Below are positions 13,001 through 25,000 of a DNA stretch of 64,000 nucleotides, one piece after another (position 1 is the stretch's first letter; each line of letters starts with the position of its first letter). The position numbers and the translations under genes are program-made. Source of the stretch: Mobula hypostoma (taxonomy: Eukaryota); the NCBI RefSeq assembly GCF_963921235.1, contig NC_086108.1, positions 101,744,001-101,808,000 of the forward strand. Reading direction: 5' to 3'. The notes beneath the pieces were generated by a model, which was not told the DNA's origin, searched no databases, and saw nothing but the letters and a program-made list of their open reading frames with translations.

Positions 13001-16000
13001 TCCCAGACGTACAGGAGGCTGTCCTGATGGCCAGCCGCTGTAGCGATCGGCAGCGGCTGGGCCCTGGCGTTTCCCGGGAATTTGCAGGGTGGTCTGTAGC
13101 GGCGGGCTTCTGTGCCCCACCGCTGGTGGTAGAAACACCATTGTTCGTTGGGCTCCTCACTCCCGTCGCCGGGTTTTGTAGGCTCTGCTGCCGGGCCTGG
13201 TCTGGTCTGCCGTTGGGCACGCGGCTTGGTGATCTGTGCGACGGATGCCCCTCTCTCTTTCCTGGCATTCCACAGCACATCTGCCCAGGCCGCCACCTCC
13301 CGGGGGTTGCTGAAATCTGCGTCGGACAGCAGCAGGGATTTGTCCTCGGGCAGTTGCTCTAGGAACGCCTGCTCAAACATGAGGCAGGGTTTGTGTCCTT
13401 CAGCCAGGGCCAGCATCTCGTTCATTAATGCTAACGGCGGCCTGTCTCCCAAACCAGCCAGGTGCATTAAGCGGCGTGCTCGTTCGCACCGTGAAAGTCC
13501 GAAAGTCCTTATGAGCAGGGCTTTGAATGCTGTGTATTTGCCGTCCTCCGGGGGTGACTGTATAAACTCCTCAACTTGTGCAGCTGTCTCCTGGTCGAGT
13601 GAGCTCAGCACGTAGTAGTAGTGAGTGGACTCCGAGGTTATCTGCCGAATGCGGAATTGTGCTTCTGCTTGTTCGAACCATAATTGGGGTTGCAGCGTCC
13701 AGAAGCTTGGCAGTTTTAACGAAACTGCGTGAACAGATGCAGCGTCGGTCATCTCTGGTCCAAATATCGTTTGGGCCGTCGGGGTCACCAATTGTAACGG
13801 TGTGCTACATACAGCGCTAGAATAACCACACGGAGTCGGTGAGTTAGAGTTGCAATGAAAAGAGCTTTATTCAAACTTCGCGGCCTGCTTTAAAGCCTTC
13901 ATGTTCCCGCCCTCCCTGGGGCAGGACTGCTGTAGGGAATGCATATTCCCAGACCCTTTCTGCGCGTGGGATTTTCCCCCTGCTGGTGAAGATGGCCTGG
14001 CGCCCTTTTTGGGGCCGGCCCTCTGCTTGCGCATGCTGTTGTGAGCCAGTTCGTGGGTGCCAGAAAGTGGGTCGCCACAATATCTTACATTTTGGCTCTA
14101 TTATATTAATCGTGTAGACTGCCCGGTATGGGTTTCTTTAGAAGCTAATTCTGTTAATTTTCTATTATTTCTATTCTTGGATCCTCACTTCCGTAATTTG
14201 TAAGTAAACTAATTGATACTTTGAGGATCTGGATACAATTTAGAAAACATTTTGGTTTATTGAGATTTTCCCTTTCTAGCCCCATTTATTCTAATTTTTT
14301 AAACCCTCTATGACTGATTTAGTTTTTAAAGAATGGGACAGGTTGGGCATTAAATGTTTTTGGGATCTGTTTGTTGGAGGAAACCTTTTTTCATTTGAGC
14401 AATTAACAGCTAAATATAGCATACCCAAAACTCACTTTTTTAGATATCTACAAATCAGAGACTTTCTAAGATCTCAATTATGCACATTTCCTATAAGCTC
14501 AGATAAGAACTTCCTAGACATAATTTTTAATTTGACACCTTTTCATAAAGGTTCAATACCTAATATTTATCGTATGTTACTGGAGATGAGGAATGTTCCT
14601 TTAGACAAAATTAAGAATCTCTGGGAACAAGATTTACAGACATCAATATCTCAGGAAACTTGGAATGAAATTTTTAAACTGGTTAATACGTCATTGTTAT
14701 GTGCTCGCTATTCCCTCATACAATTTAAGGTGGTACATACAGCTCATATGACTAAAGATAAGCTATCTCATTTTTATTCGACTATATCTCCCTACTGTGA
14801 CAGATGTAATAATGGAGCTTCATTAATTCATATGTTTTGGACTTGTCCATGTCTTGAAAAATATTGGAAAGAAGTTTTTCAAACTTTTTCTTTACTTTTC
14901 AAAGTCAATTTTAAACCTAATCCTCTGACGGCCCTATTTGGTATTGTTGCAAGACAAGATACCAAGCTGAAGACATCCGATTTACATATTTTGGCCTTTA
15001 GCTCTCTTATAGCTAGGAGGGCGCTTTTGTTTAATTGGAAAGATGTTTTTCTTCCTACTCATGCTCAATAGTTATACGACATTATGTCATGCTTAGATTT
15101 AGAGAAGATTTGTTGTTCAATTTCTGAATCTCGTCAAGACTTTCAAACATTGTGGGGACCCTTTTTGAATTATTTCCAAAACTTTCAAAACCCTCAATTT
15201 GTTGTTTAATTTTAGATGTTGGCTATTATTAATTTTTATTATACAAGGAGGTATTTTGCCTTTTTTTCTCCTTAATAAACAGCTTCCGTCTTGGTAGGGG
15301 TTAGACTTTTTTTTGTAATAAATTAGTGTATTTCAATATAACTATTGACTAACCTACATGAATACGGGGTAATGAGATTGTTATTATAAATAGATTCAAA
15401 GTAATTGGTAGGGTTTTTTTCTTATCATTTTGGACCTTTTATATGTACATTCTTGTACTCTGTATTCTTCTATGTAGAAATTAATAAAAATATTGAAAAG
15501 AGAATATAGTCCGCACATTTATTTCTACTACCAAAGTGTATGACCATGCATTTCCCAACATCTTATTTGATTTTCTTCTCTCTTGCCATTCTCTTAATCT
15601 GTCTAAGTCCTTCTGCAGCCTACCTGATTCCTCAACACCAGCTGCCCCTCCATCTACCTTCATACCATTTGCAGACTTGGCAACACGTCCATCTATTCCA
15701 TCACTTAAGTCATTGATATACAACATAAAAAGATGCGGTCACTATACTGACCCCTGCAGGACATCACTAGTCATTAGCCGACCGGAAAGGGATCCTTTTA
15801 TTCCCACTCACTGTCTTTCACCAATCAGCCAACGCTCTAAATATGCCTGCAATTTTCCTGTAATACCATGGGCTCTTACCGTGTTAAGCAGCCTCATGTG
15901 TGGCACCATGTCAAAGGCCTTCTGAAAGTCCAAATATACAACATCCACTGCATCCCCTTAATCTCCTCAAAGGATTCCAACAGGTTCATCAGGCAAGATT

Positions 16001-19000
16001 TTCTCTTAAAGAAACCATGCTGACTTTGTCCTATCTTGTCCTATGTTACCAAGTACTCCATAACCTCATCCTTAACATTTGACTCCAACATCTTCCCAAA
16101 CACTGATGTCAAGCAAACTGGTCTATAATTTCCTTTCTGATGCCTTCCTCCTTTCTGAAAGAGTAGAGTGACATTAGCAATGTTCTAGTCCTCTGGCAAC
16201 ATGCCAGAGTCCAATAATTTTTGACAGATCATTACTAATGCCTTCACAATGTCTACTACTACCTCTTTCAGAACCCTAGGGTGTAGTTCATTTGGTCTGG
16301 GTGATTTATGTATCCTATAGCTCATTCAGCTTTTTGAGCACCTTTTCCCTTGTAATAGTAACTACACTCACTTCTCTTCCCTACACCCTTCAAGGTATGA
16401 TCACTGCTAATATCTTCCATAGTGAAGACTGAAGAAAAATGCTCCTTTAGATCATCTGACATCTGTTTGGCCCCTGTTACTATTTCTCCAGCCTCATTTT
16501 CTTGTGGTCCTATAGCTTTTACTTTGATATTGATATTGTTTGCTAGCTTGCTTTTGTATTTATCTTCACCCTCCTAATGATTCTTTTAGTTGCTCTCAGT
16601 AGGGTTTTAAAAGCTTCCCAGACCTCTGTCTTCCCAATAATTTTTGCGTTGTTGTATGCGCTCTCTTTTGCTTTAGATTTAACTTTGACTTCCTTTGTCA
16701 GCCACGGTTGTACGATTTTGCTATTTGAGTATTTCTTCATTTCTGAATATACCTATCCTGCACCTTCCTCATTTTTCCCAGAAGCTCACGCCATTGTTGG
16801 TCTGCTGTCATCCCTGTCAGATCTTCTTCCAATTTACTTTGGCCAACTCCTTTCTCATACCACTGTTATTTCCTTTACTCCACTGAAATATTGCCATGTC
16901 AGACTTTGTTTTCTGCCTATCAAATTTCAAGTTGTATTCAATCATATATTGTCATCACTACGAAGGGTTCTTTTATCTTAAGCACCCTAATCACCTCCGG
17001 TTCATTACATAACACCCAATCCAGTAGGCTCAATGACAAACTGCTCTAAAAACTCATCTCATTGGCATTCAACAAACTCACTCTCTTGAGATCCAAATCC
17101 AGTTTGATTTTCTGATCAAACTCTATGTTGAATTCTCCCATGACTATCATAACATTGCCCTTTTGACATTTCCTGTTGTAATCTGTGGTCCACATCCCAT
17201 TTAATGTTTGGAGGCTATCAACGACCTTTTACTCCTGCAGTTTCTTAACTCAACCTACAAGGATTCAACATCTTCCAATCCTATGTCACATTTTTCTACT
17301 GATTTGATGACATTCTTTAACAGTAGAGCCATACTAGCCCCTCTGCCTACCTTCCTATCTTTCTGATACAATGTGTAACCTTGGACATTCAGCTCCCAAC
17401 TACAACCATTCTTCAGCCACGATTCAATGATGGTCACAGCATCATACCTGACAATCTGTAATAGTGCAACAGGATCATCTGCCTTATTTCTTATACTCCA
17501 TGCATTGAGATATAACACTATGAGTACTGTATTTGCTACCCTTTTTGATTCTGCATCCCTAATGCACTGATACACAGGATGAGAGGTGACCTGATAGAGG
17601 TGTATAAGATGATGAGAGGCATTGATTGTGTGGATAGTCAGAGGCTTTTTCCCAGGTCTGAAGTGGTTGCCACACGAGGACACAGGTTTAAGGTGCTGGG
17701 GAGTAGGTACAGAGGAGATGTCAGGGGTAAGTTTTTTCACACAGAGAGTGGTGAGTGCATGAAATGGGCAGCCGGCAATGGTGGTGGAGGCGGATACGAC
17801 AGGGTCTTTTAAGAGACTTTTGGATCGATACATGGAGGTTAGAAAAGTAGAGGGCTATGGGTAACCTTAGTAATTTCTAAGGTAGGGACATGTTCGGCAC
17901 AACTTTTTGGGCCGAAGGGCCTGTACTGTGCTGTAGGTTTTCTGTGTTTCTATGTTTCTATGATACTCACCCTGCTGGCTGCAATTATGTCTTATTATCT
18001 GTCTGCCATTCCTGACAGTCTGGCTGCACGCTATTTTTGCTTTTGTACCATCCGTACTATCCTGAGTCCCTTCACTCCGGTTCCCACATCCCAGCCAAAT
18101 TAGTTTAAAACCTCCCTAACAACTGTAAGGGGGTTTCGACTTTTATGTTACTGCGGAGGCTAATTAAAATGACGTCTTTGTTATGTTAATCTGGGGAATG
18201 CGGCTTTGTTGTGTTAAACGCTGAGAAAGTTTGCGCTAGCAGCTTGTTTTTGCTTTAGAGTGTGATAAGAGAGTGTTATTAACCAATTGGGATAGTTGTT
18301 ATGGTTTTGGTGTATTTGAAGATACTGTATGTGCGGGGTTTTGGGGCAGAAGGCGGGAGAGCGAGACAGAGGATGGACGAGGTGCTGTGAGTCCGCTAAC
18401 GAGGTCGGACGCTGAGCGGGATGTTCGGCGAGGAGATGGAGACGGACTCGTGTGGAGCGTCTGGTCGACCACCGTTGTTGGTGCCAGGCGGCCGGTCAAG
18501 GTGGTCCGAGGGGGTCGCAGGGTGAAGAAGAAGGTCCTTGAGCTCCAACGGTTTTTGTGCACGAAGAGATTGAACTTTGTTAAGTGTGGCGCCTTTTATT
18601 TTCCTTTTATATTTTATTCTCTGTCAATTATATAGTTCCAGTAATATCTATAAACTGTATATCATTTAATTGTATCTGGTGTACTGTCTGTTATTTGGGC
18701 TGGGTGGAGTACCTCACACAGCATCCACACAAACGAATTACCCAGTTTGCTGGGGCCGAGGCTGTTTCCTTAGACGACAGCGAGCCGAGCGACCCTGAGC
18801 ACAACTCTAACAAACCCGCCTGTGAGAATATTGGTTCCTCTAGGGTTTATGTGCAACCTGCCATATTTGAACAGGACATACATATACATACAATTAGCCT
18901 ATATACATAGACTGTATGTATATTAAATGAACCTAGGTGCATCACATTGTTTCTGTTAATTAAACCATGGTCCAATGAGAATCTTGTTGTTCTGTTGTTT

Positions 19001-22000
19001 ATGATGTGAGCATGAACTAAGAATATTGATTAGAATTTTAACTTTGTCAAAAACAAGTCTAACACTTGGAAGGGTTATGCTGCTGTGCTAGTAAGCTGAT
19101 GTTAGCATTAAGCCCCTTGGTCCCTGGAAATGAATATCCAGCATAAACCCTGGTGGAAACTTTGGTCTGAGCACCTCCCTGAAATGCTAACTATAACAGT
19201 CTTTGCCTCCTGTACTCTCCTCACTGATCCAACTGCTGCTCCAACCATCCATACAGTTGGAGAGGAGCTACAGCTGGTTAACACTTGCTGCAGAAATTGT
19301 CCTCAGTGTCACCTGACTGTTCTCTGATCTCCCTCATCACAGAGAAGGAACATATAGTGATATTATGTGTGCATGATAAAGAACTTCAGTTCCCAGAGGT
19401 TCGCCCAGAACTGGAGACAATGATGGGGATTGCTTGCACAGTGTTAAGCAGCTCGATAATGAAATGTTTTAACATAAGACACATCAAGTTTGTCTTCATT
19501 AAAACAAATATGAAGTGGCGTCAGAAGTCAGAGTGAGTTCTAAACACAGAGTAAATGAATACTATGCACAACTGAGAAAGAGACTGTGTGAGTACAAAAT
19601 GTGCTAGCAGCAAGTGACGGCAAGAAGCTGGCCAGCAATGTGAGAGCTCATGTTATTCCCAAAGTTGAGCAGTCACTGGCTTCACCAAGAAAGATTTAGG
19701 TAAGATGGCTAGACCTCCTGTCACAGATAAGCTAAGTCCTCCTGCACCTATGCAGTTTACTGACAATCTAACTGATAACTGGAAATACTTCAAAAACTTA
19801 GCAGAGTGTGAGGGACTGATGAAAATTTGAAAACATTTCTTTTGTTTTGCATATAATTAGTAAAGATGCTTTGGACAACTACAACAGCTTTCAAAATCGT
19901 GAGAGAGCTTTTATATTAGACACACCGATGACAAAATTTGAGGAGTATTTTTTTCTCAATACAGACATCACATTTGAGAGGTAGAAGCACTCCCACCCCC
20001 GTAACCAAAACAAGGTGTTAGCCTCGACCAATAGCAAGAAAGGAGATTAAGAAGGGGCAAGGGGGCATGAGAAAGCCTTGGAGAGTAGGGTAAAGGAAAA
20101 CCCCAAGGCATTCTTCAATTATGTGAAGAAAAAAAGGATGACAGGAGTGAAGGTAGGACCGATTAGATATAAAGGTGGAAAGATGTGCCTGGAGGCTGTG
20201 GAAGTGAGTGAGGTCCTCAATGAATACTTCTCTTCGGTATTCACCAATGAGAGGGAACTTGATGACGGTGAGGACAATATGAGTGAGGTTGATGTTCTGG
20301 ATCATGTTGATATTAAGGCAGAGGAGGTGTTAGAGTTATTAAAATACATTAGAACGGATAAGTCCCGGGGGCCTGACGGAATATTCCCCGGGCTGCTCCA
20401 CGAGGCAAGGGGAGGGATTGCTGAGACCCTGGCTAGGATCTTTATGTCCTCATTGTCTACAGGAATGGTACCAGAGGATTGGAGGGAGACAAAAATTGTC
20501 CCCTTGTTCAAAAAAGATAGTAGGGATAGTCCGGGTAATTATAGACCAGTGAGCCTTACGTCTGTGGTGGGAAAGCTGTTGGAAAAGATTCTTAGAGATA
20601 GGATCTATGGGTATTCAGAGAATCATGGTCTAATCAGGGACAGTCAGCATGGTTTTGTGAAGGACAGATCGTGTCTGACAAGCCTGATAGAGTTCTTTGA
20701 GGAGGTGACCAGGCATATAGATGAGGGTAGTGCAGTGGATGTGATCTATATGGATTTATTAAGGCATTTGACAAAGCTCCACACGGTAGGCTTATTCAGA
20801 AAGTCAGAAGGCATGGGATGCAGGGAAGTTTGGCCAGGTGGATTCAGAATTGGCTTGCCTGCAGAAGGCAGTGGGTCGTGGTGGAGGGAGTACATTCGGA
20901 TTGGAGGGTTGTGACTAGTGGTGTCCCACAAGGATCTGTTCTGGGACCTCTACTTCTCGTGATTTTTATTAATGACCTGGATGTGGGGGTAGAAGGGTGG
21001 GCTGGCAAGTTTGTAGATGACACAAAGGTTAGTGGTATTGTAGATAGTGTAGAGGATTGTCGAGGGTTGCAGAGAGACATGAACAGGATGAAAAAGTGGG
21101 CTGAGAAGTGGCAGATGGAGTTCAACCCGGAGAAGTGTGAGGTGGTGCACTTTGGAAGGACAAACTCCAAGGCAGAGTACAAAGTAAATGGCAGGATACT
21201 TGGCAGTGTGGAGGAGCAGATGGATCTGGGGGTACATGTCCACAGATCCCTGAAAGTTGCCTCACAGGTGGATAGGGTAGTTAAGGAAGCTTATGGGGTG
21301 TTAGTTTTCATAAGTTGAGGGATAGACTTTAAGCGTCCAGAGGTAATGATGCAGCTCTATAAAACTCTGGTTAGGCCACACTTGGAGTACTGTGTCCAGT
21401 TCTGTTCGCCTCACTATAGGAAGTATGTGGAAGCATTGGAAAGGGTACGGAGGAGATTTACCAGGATGTTGCCTGGTTTAGAAAGTATGCTTTATGATCA
21501 GAGATTAAGGAAGCTAGGGCTTTACTCTTTGGAGAGGAAGATGAGAGGGGACATGATAGAAGTATACATGATATTAAGAGGAATAGATATATGGATAGCC
21601 AGCACCTCTTCTCCAGGGCACCACTGCTCAATACAAGGGGACATGTCTTTAAGATAAGGGGTGGGAAGTTCAAGGGAGATATTAGAGGAAGATTTTTTTC
21701 TCAGAGAGTGGTTGGTGCGTGGAATGCACTGCCTGAGTCAGATACACTAGTGAAGTTTAAGAGACTACTAGACAGGTATATGGAGGAATTTAAGGTGGGG
21801 GGAGGTTATATGGGAGGCAGGGTTTGAGGGTCGGCACAACAATGTGGTCGAAGGACCTATACTGTGCTGTACTATTCTATGTTCTAATACTTAGCTGAGC
21901 TTCACAAACTGAGTAAGTCCTGTGAATTTGGAGATTTGAGAAACTCACCAGTTAGAGACAGAATAGTTCGCGAAATTCCAGATAATGGACTCAAAGAAAG

Positions 22001-25000
22001 ACTGCTGTGTGAAAAAGAATTGATGCTGCAAAAGGCTGTAAATATGTGCAGGGCAGAAGAGACCACACGAACACAAGCTAAGGAGCTGCACAAGGCAAAC
22101 ATAACAGAGCATGCTGTGAAAACAGAGGAGCATTGAACAAGGCATTTCCCAAAGAAACAGCAAAGCAAAAGAGCATTTTAAATTGCCAGTACAGGAGGAG
22201 ATCATGTGCTGGCTTGCAGGTACCAGGTGGTCTAGAAAATTTTACGCGTCAACTAGGTTTTGACAGATAAAGTTGGATGAAACAAGTCCAAGACTCTGAA
22301 CTTTTAACAGACCACAGGAAAGATATCACTTTTTTATCCACACCAGGCCTCTACCATAAAACCATCCATATCTTTGAAGGCACACTGTCACGTACCCTGT
22401 GATGGGTTAAAGAACCAGCAGAGATGGAAAACACTTTGGAGTCCAGTATTGCTATTAACTATTATTTATTAGTGACTATGCAATACAGTAATATAAATGC
22501 AGATAAGTCAAACAGGTTAGCAGTGATGATATATAAGTACGTATATCAGTAAGTGTGGAAATATATATGAAAAGCCAAGCTTCTTCAAGTCTTGGGTAAA
22601 TAGATAGTCTTATGATGATGAGTAAAGTTCAGTTCAGTTCCTGGTTTTGAGTTGAGTAGTGATGGAGGGAGAGATTTGAGTCTTCGGGTGAGCTGATGCC
22701 GTCGATCTTCCCGTTGTCCTCCGAAATCCGTTAGAAGTCACTGACTGTGACCACAACAAAGGGGAACATTTTTCTGTGGTAGAATCATCAACCAAGGCAA
22801 GGTTGGACACATGGACAACTCCCCACCGGTCACTCCTTTTTCACACTGCAAGAGCCACTGATTGATCCGCCAGATCGATCCTCCAAAAAACCCACTTTTC
22901 AGCAGGCACAACAAAGCTCATTCAGTGTCCAAAAACATCTGCCTCAGGTCTATCATCCGACCTATTTATCTCACCGTACTGAATACCAACTGTCTCTCAA
23001 ATAACTCCTCCTTTCTTTGTCTGCGTAAGAATCCACTAGCAGGCAAATGTCCTTGGAGAAAGTATAAACAACCTCCAGAGAAACCATAACCTCGATTATC
23101 CATGAAAAAACACTGCCCCCAGTCACCATAGTGACTTATGAGCTGCTCGGTGCTCTCTCTCTCCCAACTCAGCAGAAATCCAAAAGTTCCTCGTGCCTTA
23201 AAGTGACAGTCCAAAAGTTAGTCTTCATCTCTCTCTCTCTTCAATACAAGATGTTGATGTTAAATATCTCTCTCTCTCTTTTCAAAAGCACAGTTCATAG
23301 GGGTAATCGAGCACAGTTTATAGGGGTAATTCAGGACTCCGTCACAATACCTACTGTCGAGACTATGATGGATAACATCATAGTCTGGGGTCCAGCAAGG
23401 ATTAACATAATATGTGACTGAGACAAGTGCTTGACATGGCACGAAATATCAATTTGAGATTAAATAAAGTGAAATGTGAGTTTGGTGTTAAGATGCTGAT
23501 CTTCATAAGAGATGTCATATCTGAAGAAGGAGTGAAGCCTGACCCAAAAAAGATATCAGCCATTGAAAACATGGAGAGATCCAAATACAAAGAGCGGGTG
23601 AGACGTACCTTGGGGTTGGCGACCTACCTGATTAAATTCACCTCTCGAATATCAAAAATGTCAGCACCACTTAGGTCACTCCTTGAGCTGCAAAATGATT
23701 GAATTTAGTTTCACGAGTAAGAAAAGTGTTTCCACATGCTGCAAAAAATTATAACTGAAGAGCTAATGCTTAAGTTTTATGACCCGGAAAGGTGTACTCG
23801 GATCTCATCTGATTCATCCCGGTGTGGCCTTGGAGCAGTACAGCTGCAGCAGCATGATAAAACATGGCAAACTGTGGCCTTGGCCACAAGCGTGGAAGCC
23901 AATGATGCACAGATGGAGAAAAAGCTTCATACCAGCACACATGCATGCAGAACGTTAACATCTATGAACAAGCTTTTGAATTGCACAGACCATAAACCAC
24001 TGCTCTCAATTATGTGCAAAGATCTACTGAGTGACTGTTCCATGAGGATACAGTGCATGTTGATAAGACTGCAGAAATATAATGTGAAGATGGTCTACAC
24101 ACTGGGAAAATATATACTTGCTGGTGATGCGCTGTCTTGAGCAGTTAACAAGAAACTAAAGAATGACCAAAAGGTTAATGTAGAAAAACAGGCCTATGTT
24201 GACATGATTGTCATGTCCATTCCAGTGTCAGCTGATAGAACAAAGAAGATAAGGAAAGCAGCAGGGACAGATGAAACAATGAAAGAACTCTAAGATACAA
24301 TACCGAAAAGACGGCCAGCTGCTAAGAATGACTGTCCAATGAATATTCAGGGTTATTGCACATGCAGAGCTGAACTGTCAGTCTTGAGAGATATGGTCTT
24401 CGAAGTGATTGCACTGATGCTGCACAAGGAAATGCTCTAGAAGATACATGAAGGGCACCTTGGGGAGGAAAACTGTAAACAGCAAGTTTTTGAGGTGATG
24501 CACTGGCCAAGAATGAACCAAGACATCAGCCAGACCACTGCTTAATGTGAAATATGTCTTGCTTAAAGACCAAAGCAGATTGGTAGAACATTTGAAGGAG
24601 AGACCTGCATACTCCAAAGGACCTCAGTCTCCTCAGGAAGCAGAGGCAACTCTTGCCCCTCTTGTACACAACCTCTGTGTTGGTGCTCCATTCAAATCTG
24701 TCATCCAGGTGCACCCCTAGGTACTTATAGGTCTTCACAATATCCACGTCATCGATAGTAACAGGGAGCAGTGCAGGCTTAGTCTTCCTAAAGTCCTTCA
24801 TCTCCTTTGTCTTACTGATTTAGAACTACAGATGATTCAGCTTGCACCATTTGACAAGGTTTGACACCAGGGCCCTGAATTCATCCTCCTGACCTCCCTT
24901 TATAAATCCAACTGTTGCTGAGTCATCAGAGAATTCATGCAGATGACATGACTCAGTGTTGAATGTACAGTCCGAGCTATAAGGGTAAAGAGGAAGGGAG

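Larger units (their letters stand above)
10383..14079 (-). mobile_element. Ty3/Gypsy LTR retrotransposon with both LTRs and an internal RT deletion
   Basis: 287-bp TG...CA LTRs (10383-10669, 13793-14079), ATAT TSD, tRNA-Trp PBS 13790-13777, PPT about 10690-10670, gag-PR-(RT 3' part)-RH-IN order. Confidence 0.96.
6121..15500 (+). mobile_element. L1-clade LINE, 5'-truncated and decayed (ORF1 remnant about 6121-6885; ORF2 about 7612-15200), interrupted by a Gypsy and Penelope ends
   Basis: ORF1 [15 protein letters not shown]; endonuclease [33 protein letters not shown]-terminal CDRC..HMFWTC; AATAAA tail at 15483; imperfect TSD agaaaat/agaatat. Confidence 0.9.
15508..18850 (-). mobile_element. 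CR1 LINE body (continuation of 5345-6120), decayed, with inserted CR1 tail and solo LTR
   Basis: [24 protein letters not shown]...ESWL...WELNVQGY remnants. Confidence 0.85.
19516..24575 (+). mobile_element. Old decayed Gypsy internal region (gag, RT, RH, IN zinc finger), interrupted by CR1 and a solo LTR
   Basis: PBS-like TGGCGTCAGAAGT at 19516; SCEFG..RDRIV gag; [34 protein letters not shown]. Confidence 0.75.

Noticed and set aside
10383..14079. Endogenous retrovirus (tRNA-Trp PBS)
   Set aside because: There is no env, and the gag, RH and IN motifs with a GPY/F tail are Ty3/Gypsy type.
14310..15071. 253-aa ORF as an independent gene
   Set aside because: It is the C-terminal Cys/His region of the interrupted L1 ORF2.
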